A stretch of 64,000 nucleotides of DNA from the human T2T-CHM13v2.0 reference genome, Homo sapiens: the NCBI RefSeq assembly GCF_009914755.1, contig NC_060930.1; one strand, 5' to 3'. The translations under genes and the position numbers were made by a program. Each line of letters starts with the position of its first letter. Position 1 is the first letter of the stretch. Of the stretch, positions 28,449 to 40,249 are shown piece by piece. Below the pieces are notes generated by a model. The model was not told where the DNA came from. It made no database searches and saw only the letters and a list, made by a program, of their open reading frames with translations.

Positions 28449-30635
28449 TGAGGTACTCTTCTATTTATCGTGCTTGCTGCCTGAATACCTTGGGTTTTTT
28501 TTCATTGTGTTATTGTTATTTAGGTCCTGTGAGATTTATGCTTTAAAGAGATTCCATTTTGGTGTATTTCAAGGATTTGTTTCAAGATTTAGAGATCCTT
28601 TTAACAGTTCTTGTAGTTCTGGCTTGATAGTGACAAATTCTCTCAGCATTTGTTTGTCTGGGAAAGACTGTATCTTTTCTTCATTTATGAAGCTTAGTTT
28701 CACTGGATAAAACGTTCTTGGCTGATAATTGTTTGATTGAAGGAGACTAAAAATAGGACCCCAATCTCATCTAACTTTTAAGGTTTCTGCTGAGAAATCT
28801 GCTGTTAATCTGATAGGTTTTCTTTATAGGTTACCTGATGCTTTTGCCTCACAGCTCTTAAGATTCTTTCATTCGTCTTTACTTTAGATAACCTGATGAC
28901 TATGTGCCTAGTTGATGATCTTTTTGCAATGAACTTCCCAGGTGTTCTTTCAGCTTCTTGTATTTGGACGTCTAGATCTCTAGCAGGCCAGGGAAGCTTT
29001 CCTCAATGATTCCCTCAAATATGTTTTCCAAACTTTTAGATTTCTCTTCTTCCTTAGGAACACTAATTATTCTTAGGTTTGGATGTTTAACATAGTCCCA
29101 AACTTCTTGGAGGCTTTGTTCATTTTTTAAAATTCCTTTTTCTTTGTCTCTGATGGATTGTGTTAATTTGAAAGCCTTGTCTTCAAGCTCTGAAGTTCTT
29201 TCTTCTGTTTGTTCGGTTCTATTGCTGAGACTTTCCAGTGCGTTTTGCATTTCTCTAAGTGTGTCCTTGATTTCCAGAAATTGTGATTTTTTTTTATTTA
29301 TGCTCTCTATTTCACTGAGCAATTTTCCTTTCATATCCTGTGTCATCTCTTTTATTTCTTTAAGTTAGACTTTACCTTTCTCTGGTGCCTTCTTGATTAG
29401 CTTAATAATCGACCTTCTGAATTCCTTTTCTGACAATTCAGATATTTTATTTTGGTTTGGATCCACTGCTGGTGAGCTAGTAAGATCATTTAGGGGTGTG
29501 AAAGAACCCTATTTTGTCATATTACCATAATTGTTTTTCTGGTTCCTTGTCATTTGGGTAGACTGTGTCAAAGGGAAGATCTGAGATTCAAGGGCTGCTG
29601 TTCAGATTTTTTCATCCCACAGCGTGCTCCCTTGAAGTGGCATTCTCCCCTTCCCCTACGAATGGGGCTTCCTGAGAGCCAAACTGTAGTAATTGGTTTT
29701 GCTCTTCTGGGTCTAGCCACCCAGCAGAGCTACCAGGCACTGAGCTGGTACCGAGGAGTGTCTGCAAAGAGTCCTGTGATGTGATCCATCTTCAGGTCTT
29801 GCAGCCATGGATACCAGCACCTGCTCTGGCAGAGGTAGCAGGGGTGTCAAGTGGACTCTCTGACGGTCCTTGGTTGTGTTTTTGTTTAGTGCACTGGTTT
29901 CGTGTTTGTTGGCCTCTAGCCAGCAGGTGGTGCTTTCAAGAGCACATCAGCTGCAGTCCTGTAGAGAGCATGCAAATTTGCCTTAGGGACACCTGGCTAA
30001 GTATTCAGGTTTCTCAGGCAGTGGGCAGGGCCATAGAGCTTCCAAGAGATTATGACCTTTGTCTTTGGCCACCAGGGTGGGTAGCGAAAGACCACCATGT
30101 GGGTCAGGGATAGATGTGTCTGAGCTCAGCTTCTCCTTGGAGGGAGCTTGCTGCAGCTGCTGAAAGGGATGGGGATATGATTCCTAGTCCAATGGAGTTA
30201 TATTCCCAGAGGGATTATGGCTGCCTCTGCTGAGGCATACAGGTTGCCAGGGAAGTGGGGGGAAAACCAGCAGTCACTGGCCTCACCCCGCTGCCATGCA
30301 GCCAACAGTCCTAAAGGCCAGTCTCACTCCCACTGTGCCCCCCTAATGGCACAAAGTCTATTTCCAGGCAGCTGGTGACCAGGGCTGAGAACTTTCCCCA
30401 GATAATGAACCTCCCCTTTGAGAAAGCAAGCCCATTAACAGTTTTTCAGCAACTCAGGGAGCCTGCAACAGTAATCCAGTTCCTTCAAAGTGTCTGCAGA
30501 GTCTCTTGGCTTTCCTAGTAATTTCCTGTAGTAGTTCTTAGAGCAAAAGTTCACAGTGTGAGTCTCCACATGCTGCTTTGTCCATCCAAACAGGAGCTGC
30601 AAGCTAGTCCTGCTTCCTGTCTGCCATCATAATCC
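28449..30635 (-). mobile_element. L1PB-type LINE 5'UTR, ORF1 and first codons of ORF2 (degenerate)
   Basis: Minus strand starts gatggcagacaggaagcaggactagcttgcagctcc; ORF 28972-29346 is ORF1p coiled-coil/RRM (…SLQEVWDYVKHPNLRII…); ends at …agtacctca. Confidence 0.92.
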
Positions 30636-30671
30636 ACAACTCCTCCAAAATATTTTTTGAAAATATATACA

Positions 30672-31191
30672 TGTGGTAGGCAGAACAATGCATCCCTCCC
30701 ACCAGATATCTACACCTATTCCCTGGAACCTGTGAATATAGTTTTACCTTACATAGCAAAAAGTACCTTACATGGCAAAAAATATCTTGTAATTATGATG
30801 ACATCAAAGACCTTGAGATGAGGAGATTGTACAGGTGAACCCAATCTAATGACATGGAACCTTAAAGGCATAAAATCTTTTCCATCTGTGGTTAAAGGGA
30901 GCCATGACTAAGAAAGAGGAGTCAGAGACAGGCAATGTTGCTGGTTTCAAAGGTGGAAAATGACCATGAGCCAAGGAATATGGGTGGCCTCTGGAAACAG
31001 GAAAAGGCAAGGAAATAGACTCTCCCTGAGAGCCTCCAGAAGGAAATGCAGCCCTATGGACACCTTGATTTCAGCCCAGCAAGACCCACATTAGACTCCA
31101 AACCTACAGAACTATAAGATCATATATTTGTACTGCTTTAGGCCACCAAGTTTGTGGTAATTTATTACAGAAGTAGTAGAAAACAAATACA
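30672..31191 (+). mobile_element. MLT1D-like MaLR LTR
   Basis: tgtggtaggcagaacaatg…ccaccaagtttgtggtaatt…aaataca. Confidence 0.85.
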
Positions 31192-31389
31192 ATATACATG
31201 TAGCAAAGTTATTTTTTAATATACTAGAGTGAATCAACACAAAATCCAGAATTAAAGAGTGTGCTCAGGGACTTCTGAGGCATTGGCAAATGTTTTAATT
31301 CTCCAAAGTGTACATACACGTTATTTTGTATTAATATGTTTTAAATTGCTTATATACTCTTTATTATGAAATATATATGCACCTGTTGT

Positions 31390-31455
31390 CCCAATACTAC
31401 ATTGGTACTACATCCCAATACTACATTGGGACTACATCCCAATACTAACATTGAC
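31390..31455. repeat. 24-bp tandem repeat (~2.8 copies) at an L1 junction
   Basis: cccaatactacattgg(t/g)actacat repeated, merging into L1 ORF2. Confidence 0.9.
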
Positions 31456-32947
31456 TATAAATGGCCTAAATGCTCCTCTTGAAAGATACATAATAGCAGA
31501 ATGGATAAGAATTCACGAACTAAGTTTCTGTTGTTTTCAGGAGACTCATCTAAAACATAAGGACTCACATAAACTTAAACGGTAGAAAAATATATTCTAT
31601 GCAAATGTACACCAAAAGCAAGCAAAAGTAGCTATTATTATATCATATGAAACAAACTTTAAAGCAACAGCTGTTAAAAGAGACAAAGAGGGACATTATA
31701 TAATGATAAAAGGACTAGTCCAACACAACAGGAAAATATCGCAATTCTACATATATATGCACCTAACACTGGAGCTCCCAAATTTATAAAACAATTACTA
31801 CTCGACTTAAGAAATGAGATAGACGGCAACACAATAATAGTGGGAGACTTTAATAGACCACTAACAGCACTAGACAGGTCATCAAGACAGAAAGTCAACA
31901 AAGAAACAATGGATTTAAACTATACCTTTGAACAAATGGATTTAACAGATATTTACAGAACGTTCTACCCAACAATTACAGAATATACATTTTATTGATC
32001 AACACATGGAACATTCTCCAAGATAAACCATCTGATAGGCTACCAAACAAGCCCCAGTACATTTAAGAAAATTGAAATTATATCAAGTACTCTCTCAGAC
32101 CACAGTGGAATAAAATTGGAAATCAACTCCAAAAGGAACTCTCAAAACCATGGAAATACATGGAACTTAAATAACCTGCTCCTGAACGATCATTGGGTCA
32201 ACAATGAAATCAAGATGGAAATTAAAAAATTCTTTGAACTGAATAATAATAGCTACACAACATATCAAAATCTCTGGGATAAAGCAAAACCAGTGCTAAG
32301 ATGAAAGTTCATAGCATTAAATGCCTACATCATAAAGTCTGAAAGAGCACAAATAGACAATCTAAGGTCACACCTCATGGAACTAGAGAAACAAGAACAA
32401 TCCAAACCCAAACCCAGCAGAATAAAAGAAATAACAAAGATCAGAGCAGAACCAAATGAAACTGAAACAACAACAATAAAAACAATACAAAAGATACATG
32501 AAGGAAAAATCTGGTTCTTTGAAAAGATAAATTGATAGACTATTAGTGAGATTAACAAAGAAAAGAAGAGAGACAACCCAAATAAGCTCAATTAGAAATG
32601 AAACAAGAGATATTACAACTGATGCCACAGAAACACAAAAGATTATTCAAGGCTACTATGAACACCTTTATGTGCATAAATTAGAAAACCTAAAGGAGAT
32701 GGATAAATTCCTGGAAATATACAACCCTCCTAGATTAAACCAGGAAGATATAGAATCTCTGAACAGACCAATAACAAGCAGCGAGATTGAAATGGTAATA
32801 AAAAAATTGCCAACAAAAAAAAGTCAAGGACCAGATGGATTCACAGCAGAATTCTATCAGGCATCAAAGAAGAATTGGTTCTAATCCTGTTAATACTATT
32901 CCAAAAGATAGAGAAAGAGGGAATCCTCCCCAAAGTATTCTCTGAAG
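31435..32947 (+). mobile_element. L1PB ORF2 fragment (endonuclease to start of RT), degenerate
   Basis: catcccaatactaacattg…aatggcctaaatg (the HISILTLNVNGLN region); ORF 32546-32884 …[11 protein letters not shown]. Confidence 0.92.
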
Positions 32948-33053
32948 AGAATGTTCAGTTTTTCCTTCCTGAGTTACTTCACTTAGAATAATGGTCTCCA
33001 ATTCCATCCGGGTTGCTGTGAATTGAACGCCATTATTTTGTTTCTTTTTATGG

Positions 33054-33367
33054 CTTCAGAGAATACTTTAGGGAGGATTCCCTCTTTCTCTATCTTTTGG
33101 AATAGTATTAATAGGATTAGAACTAATTCTTCTTTGATGTCGGATTAGAACTAATTCTTCTTTGATGTCTGATAGAATTCTGCTGTGAATCCATCTGGTC
33201 CTTGACTTTTTTTTGTTGGCAATTTTTTTATTACCATTTCAATCTCGCTGCTTGTTATTGGTCTGTTCAGAGATTCTATATCTTCCTAGTTTAATTTAGG
33301 AGGGTTGTATATTTCCAGAAGTTTCTCCATCTCCTCTAGGTTTTCTAATTTATGCACATAAAGGTGT
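33054..33367 (-). repeat. Inverted copy of L1 segment 32662-32947 with an internal 28-bp tandem duplication
   Basis: Reverse-complement match; ggattagaactaattcttctttgatgtc x2 at 33114-33169. Confidence 0.95.
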
Positions 33368-33539
33368 GCAGAAATCATATGGCAAGAGAGGAAGCAGGAG
33401 GTAGGGAGGTGCCAGGCTCTTTTAAACAACCAGCTCTCATGGAAAGTAATAGCATGAAAATTCACTCACTCCCGACAAGGGAAAGTATAAATCTATTCAT
33501 GAAGAGTTTGCCATCATGACCCAAACACCTCTCATTAAG
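33368..33539 (-). mobile_element. MST MaLR fragment, both ends missing
   Basis: atggcaagagaggaagc…atgacccaaacacctc. Confidence 0.75.
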
Positions 33540-33569
33540 CATGGGTATTATGCTATGTTATGTGCAAAT

Positions 33570-33782
33570 GTTTATAGCAAGTCCTGGGTAGCTCCAACAC
33601 TTTAAAAGGCATCATGACTTTTATAATGTGAAGGTCAGTGGTGAAGCAACAAGTGCCAATACTGAAGGTAATGAAGCTTTTAAGGAAAAGCTGCATAGGA
33701 TAATGTGGCTGAGAAATATTTGCCAGAGTAAATATTTAATGTTGATGAAACAGATTATTCTGGAAGTGTATGCAGAGCATAC
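33570..33782 (+). mobile_element. Tigger/pogo transposase relic
   Basis: …NVKVSGEATSAN…IFNVDET.LFWK-like motifs (CENP-B HTH / DDE_1 boundary), with frameshifts. Confidence 0.75.
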
Positions 33783-34149
33783 TATACTCTTCTGTTTTGC
33801 ATTGCTATAAAGGAATACCTGAGACTGGGTAATTTGTAAAGAAGAGAGGTCTATTTGGCTCATGGTTCTGCAGGAGGCACAAGCATGGCACCAGCATCTG
33901 CTTGTCTTCTGGTGAGGCCTCAGGAAGCTTTTACTCATGGCAGAAAGCAAAGGAGAGGCAGATGTGTTATATGGCAAGACAGAGAGAAGGAGGTGTCAAG
34001 CTCTTTTTAAACAGCCAGCTCTTGGGTGAACTAATAGAGTGAGAATTCACTCTTTATTGCAGGGAGGGCACCAAGTCATTTATGAAGGATGCACCCCCCA
34101 TAACCCAAACACCTCCCACTAGGCCCCATCTCCAACAGTGGGGATCACA
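33783..34149 (-). mobile_element. MSTB LTR, truncated
   Basis: ttgcattgctataaaggaatacctgagactggg…ggggatcaca. Confidence 0.85.
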
Positions 34150-37116
34150 GAGGTGAGCCACAACAAGGCTCGCCCTGGTGCCCAGAGACAGAAAGAGTGA
34201 AGCTGCTGACCCTGAAAGCGAGGGACAGCTGGCCATGCAGCTGCAGGCGTGGGGGTGGCAGGTGCCACAGAGCCAGAACAAACAGCTGAGATAAAGGTGA
34301 ACAGTGTAGAGAGCTAGTGTGAGGAAGCCGCTGATGAGAGCTGCTGCTGAATAAAATCAACTTTTACCTGCCTACGGCTCCCTGAGTGTTCTTTCTGCTC
34401 ATTCACCCACTCCCCTCGGACTTCAGCATGGGCTGGACCTTGACCACAGGATCTGACAATTGGCCATGAGGATGGGATGAGGTGAGTGGGTCTTCAGCCC
34501 CTGAGGGCTCCTGGGTCGGCTATGTGGCCGCAGCAAGAGCTGTGGTACCTGGTGGCAGTGGTGCTGCTTGGATGGGTCCCAGTGGAAACGTGGGAGACGG
34601 TGCACTGGTCTCCCATGAGTGTGGAGAAGGAGCTGAAGCACCTGGAAGTGCACAGCACCGAGAAGTATGCCTTTGCCGCAGAGTCAGATGGGCGTTTGTG
34701 ACTGTGCTGGTGGGAGGTGCATGCCCAGTCCCTGCGGGACACAGCACAGGGAGAAGGAAGAAACCCCGTTGCAGGCTCGCCCAGGGATGCACCGGAAAAT
34801 AGAGCATGAGCAGCTGTTGGGCCCCAAGGGTGGGCCCAGAGCCCCTCTACTGTGGTGGAGCACACTTCCTCTGGTCCCTGTGCCCCCGCTGAGTTGTGGG
34901 AGTGAAGTAAGTAATGTCGGCAGTCATGTACAAACTTACTGCAAGTCATTCGGGAGAAGGACATTGCTGCGCAACCCGGTCCTGCCCAAGAGTTCCAGTT
35001 CAAAAAGTACCCGCTGCAGCTGGCGGAAGTGTAAAGCCTTTTCTGTTTGATAAGAGAACTGGCCGAGATGCCTGGCTTGTGCGGGGCACCAGACAACCAG
35101 AGCCACATGTGGACTTGGCAATCTGCTGGTCCCTGAATCTGCGTAAGTTTTCAGGCAGAGCTGCATTTATTAATGGCTATAAAGGCTGGTCAGTGAAAGT
35201 GAAACCTCTGTCTCTGCATCTTAGCATTGGCCGCTTGGCTCTCCTCTTATGCCCTGTGTATGTCTCTCCCATACCTGAGGACACTCCGGGGGCGGATGTT
35301 TTGCATGGCTCGGCAGCTGTGCTGTCTGTCACGGACTTAATGGACCATTTGACAACGGAACTGAGACAATCCACCGAGAGCCTGGAACAGTTTGCCTTCA
35401 TGGGAGGGCGACAATGGACTTTTACAGTGTTGCTGCGGGGCTATGTGCATAGCCCCATCGTGTGTCATGATTTTGTTAATGACGTTATGTTAACTTCCAA
35501 TTATCTTGCAGGTTTAGAAGCGGTAACACCCCCTTTTGCCTGAGATTGGGATGATAAGGCTGAGACAGCCTTTCTAACCAAGGATGCCCATTTACACTAG
35601 ATGTACATGTAATCACAGATAGTTTTGGCTAGGGCCTATAGCAGTGCATGGAACGCTTGGAAGCTCCAGTGGGCTGTTAGTCCCAACTATGGAAGGGAGC
35701 TGAGCTCTGGTATTCCTTAATAAAGAAGCAGTTTAATAGCAGGATTGGTGTGTTCATGGATAACCACTACCTCGGACTGGGAAAGCAGTTGGTAACTGTA
35801 TATACTGCCCTTCAGGCTCATAAGAGTGTGGCGGGATGGGCTACAGTCGTCGTGCAGATGACTTACCTGACAGCAGGGTGGGTGTGTTCATGGGTTGCAA
35901 GCCCTCAAAATGGGACGGTACAGACATCCACTTTAGCGAAGTGGAGCGCTATTTAGAGCAGTAAAGTACCCTGAGTACAAGTCCCTTACCAGCAGAGTTA
36001 CAAGAGATTTTAGGGTCTGTAGCCCTAATGCAAGATAAAGCCATGGGGCCTGAGGCACCCCTAGACCCTGAGCCTTTACCATAAGGAAGGGCATACCCCC
36101 ATTCCTGATGGGGCATGGTATACAGATAGATCCAGCCAGAGTACTGCTGCTGCTGCAGTATTGACAACAGCCTAGTACTGACACCATATGGTTTAAAACC
36201 AGGTGTGGGTGAAGTAGCTAATAAGCTAAACTCAGGGCAGTATGAGTGGCAATCACCAAGGAGGAGACATCTGTGGTAATCTGCATCAATCACCAGTTTA
36301 TCAAAGCCTATGTGTATGTATCGGGCCTGTGTGCCCAAACCTGTGTATCAAGCTTGCATGCCCATAGCTTGTGTGTGAGGCTTATGTGTCAAGCCTATGT
36401 GTATGTATCGGGCCTGCATGCCCAAAGTTGATATGTCAGGCCTATGTGCCAAACCTGTGTATCAAACCTGTGTGTCCTAGGCCTATGTCTCCCTCGGCCT
36501 AGAGGGTGGAGTGTAAGGTACATGAATGTGCTTTGGTCAAGGAATAGGCCAAGGCAGATGTCCAGGCCTGCATGACTCAGTGAGTTTGGGGCACAGGTGC
36601 ACACCTCCATTTGTTATATAACCTGTTTGTGTAAGTTCATACTTGGCTCTGAGCCACTATCGTCTGTAAAAGGTATAATTGCCTTGCTAACACCGTACAG
36701 GGGCTCTTGAGGCTCGGCTTGGCTCAACATGGCTTAACACAACGGGTGCACTGGCACCCAGAGAAAGAGAGAAAGAGAACCAGAGCTGTCCTTCTTGTAG
36801 GTGGACAGAGGGGAGCCACAGCACGGCTCGCACTGGTGCCCAGAGACAGAAAGAGTGAAGCTGTTGACCCTGAAGGCAAGGGAGAGCTGGCCATGCAGCT
36901 GCAGGTGTGGGGGCGGCGGGAGCCACAGAGCCCCAGCAAACAGCCGAGATAAAGGTGAGCAGTGTAGAGAGCTAGTGTGAGGAAGCTGCTGATGAGAGCT
37001 GCTGCTGAATAAAATAATCTTTTACCTGCCTACAGCCCCCCGAGTGTTCTTTCTGCTCATCCACCCACTCCCCTCGGACTTCAGCATAGGCTGGACCCAG
37101 ACCCCAAAATCTGACA
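34150..37116 (+). mobile_element. Deleted HERV-S (HERVL18/LTR18) provirus: truncated 5' LTR 34150-34458, ~2 kb internal region, full 3' LTR 36512-37116
   Basis: Direct LTR repeats ending ctgaca; PBS tggccatgaggatgggat at 34461-34478 (16/18 match to the tRNA-Ser(GCT) complement); RT remnant QFAF…FTVL..GY..SP..CH; PPT agagggtggag. Confidence 0.85.
36298..36490. repeat. Degenerate tandem repeat (gcctatgtgt…) before the PPT
   Basis: Recurring aagcctatgtgtatgtatcgggcctg and aaacctgtgtatcaa. Confidence 0.8.
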
Positions 37117-37271
37117 CACAGTATGCTATGCTTTTTAATATTTTATTTCAGAAAATATTTTTCAATTATAATTTTAAATATTTCTTCTTTTTCATTATTT
37201 TTATTTTCTTCTTTGAAGACATCAATTTTATGTATGTTAGCCCTTAGGTTTCCTATATTGTATGTCTATCA

Positions 37272-37717
37272 CATTGCATTCATTTCCTATTGCTGATATT
37301 TGTAGCAAATTATCACAAGCTTAGTGGCTTAAAACAACACAAATTTATTTTCTTATAGTTCTGGAAGTCAGAAATCTAAAATGGGTGGGCAGAGCTGTGT
37401 TCCTTCTGCAGGCTCCAGAGGAGAATCAGTTTCATGCCTTTTCCAGTCTCTAGAAGCTGTCTGTATGACCTGACTCACGGGCCTAGATCCCTAGAACCTC
37501 TCCTTCCATTGTCACCTCTCCTCTGACTCTAAACCTGCTGCCTCTATGTACCCTGGTAATGATATTGCACCCACCTGGATAATCAAGAATAATCACTTCA
37601 TCTGGACATCCTCAGTTTAACCACATCTCTAATGTCCTTTTGCCATGCAGGGCAACTCTCATAGGCCTCAGGGTTTAGGATGTAGACATCTTTGTGGGGC
37701 CATTATTCTGCCTATCA
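37272..37717 (-). mobile_element. MLT1C/D MaLR LTR
   Basis: ttagtggcttaaaacaacacaaattta…ggggccattattctgccta. Confidence 0.8.
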
Positions 37718-38316
37718 GGCAAATATTTCTCAAATCCTTTTTTTTGAATCATTAAAAAATTTGTTTCATTTCCCCTCAATTTTCTTCCTTCTTTGTTCTT
37801 ATTTACTTTACTCTACCTTTTATGGTGTCATTTTGCTTTTGTGTTTTTCTAATTTAGTCCTCTTTTGTGAAATTATTTTTTTCTTAATTTTTTACTGATT
37901 ATTCACTTGTTCTGAGCTTTTTCTATTGCTTGTTGGTGCTGTTTTTGTCAAAGCTTTCATTCTTCTCTAATACTTAAATATTACAGTTTTCATCTGTTCC
38001 ATGACCTCATTTTTCTGACGAATTCTCTCTGTCTTAATTTTATTAAGACCTCATTCAACTTTTTATTGTAATAATTTGGTATGGTGCTAGAAAGTTGTTT
38101 TTTTTTTTTTTTTTTTTTGTCCATGATGTTTGAACGAGGAACAAAATAAGATGGAACTTTCTGGGTTAATAGGAGAAAGACAAGACAAGGTAGCTTTCTC
38201 TGTAGCACAGTTTAAGAATTTTTTCTCTGTTTTTACCAGGAAAGGTTAAAAATATGTCCTCTCTCTATGAGTCACTTTGTTTCTCTAAGCCATATCTGGT
38301 TAAGAAAGCTTTCCTT

Positions 38317-38638
<322 letters not shown>

Positions 38639-40249
38639 TCATCTGTGAGGTCCACTGTCTTGTCCTCCATGGCTGTGCTCTCAGTATCAGGTCTTGCATT
38701 TACTCTTTTTGCTCTATTTTTATTTATCCGTTAATAATGATAAATATTTTCCTGTATGTTCTGAATTCTTTTTTTAAAAAATTGGATTGTGTGTATTTGA
38801 AGATTACAGCATGATGTTATGTAGATAGTAAAATGGTTACTATAGTGAAGCAAATTAACATATCCATCATCTCACATAGCAACTTTTTTTTGGTGGCAAG
38901 AGTAGCTAAAAAGCATTTGCTCTTAAAGTACTTCCTGAGACTTCCTTTCTCTGAGCTTGTCAAACATTCTCTCATTCTCTCTCTCTCATTTCTCATGGTT
39001 CCTTCCTTTTTCAGTTTTGCTATTTCCAATGGGATGAGGCATTGTCCTACTAGAGGGAAGTATGTGAGATTTTATTGAAGGCCAGAACCACCATACCCAT
39101 GTTAGTTTCCCCAATATCTGTGTAATTTTGGCACTGATCTGCAGCTCTGAGGCTGTGAGGACTTTTTCCATTATCACGAATTGTTCTTAGACATTTTTTT
39201 CTTCCCAGATTTCCTCTCAGGGCAAAATCTTTTTTTTTTTTTTTTTTTTTTGAGGCAGGGGCAGCGGGGGTCATGTTCATTTATTACTGACTTTTTGGTT
39301 TTTATGACTTTTAAGCTATTTAGCTGTCTTTCACTTCATGCTCTCTCACCACAACTGTTGATCGTGCATGTCCTGCTGCTGTAGCTGCTTCGTCCCCAAG
39401 ATGTACCCACACTCTTGGGGCTGTTGTTCCCATCGTCTTAGCTATACTAGCTTCTCTATTTGATTTTCAAGAGAAGTTTGGGACACTTAAAACAACTACA
39501 CTGCTGATATAATCACTTTACAGAAATTCTGACATACATTTCAAGAGAATCACTATGATTCCTGGGTTGAGATTAGACTATAGGAGAATGAGTAAGGAAG
39601 CAGGGAGAATAATTTTTAGACTATTGCAATAATCCAAGTGACAGATGATGATCACTTGGAAGATGACTGTCAAAGTTAGATTCTGGATGTCTTCTGAAGG
39701 TGGAACCGTAAGATTCTCTGATGGATTGGATGTTGGATGTTAAAGAAAAAGAGGAGGTGGAAATAGCATTGAGTCTTTTATTTTAATATTTCAAGGGATG
39801 GAGTTGTCATTAGCTGGGATGTGGCAAATGTGGCTAAACCAGGTTGAGTGTCATATTAGGTTAGGGTTAGGCCATACTGCAGTAACAAACCCTAAACAAT
39901 TAATTTATTGCATAACAAATAAGAAGGTGGTGGGGAAGGGGGGCCCTCCTTTATCATTTAGCCCTGCCATCATGAATACATTTTCTTTGCTTTTGTTTTA
40001 GCAGAGGGAAAGCTAGCTGGAGGATCAGAGATTGGGGTTGGCAGCTGCTTCTACTTCTGTACCTTCTTTTCCTTTTTGTTTTCCTCCTTCTCTTTGCCTA
40101 CCCTCTCTTCTTCCTCTTACAATTTTTTTTTCTCCTCCTCCATTTTATTTCCTTCTTTTCCCAGAACCATAAGTGGCATTCATCATTTCTGCCCATATCC
40201 CATTTTCCAAAACTCAGTTATGTGCACCCAATCTAATGGCCAATGAGAT

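Noticed and set aside
34423-36338. ORFs up to 209 aa
   Set aside because: Frameshifted HERV-S gag/pol remnants or antisense frames; the RT catalytic motif is degenerate.
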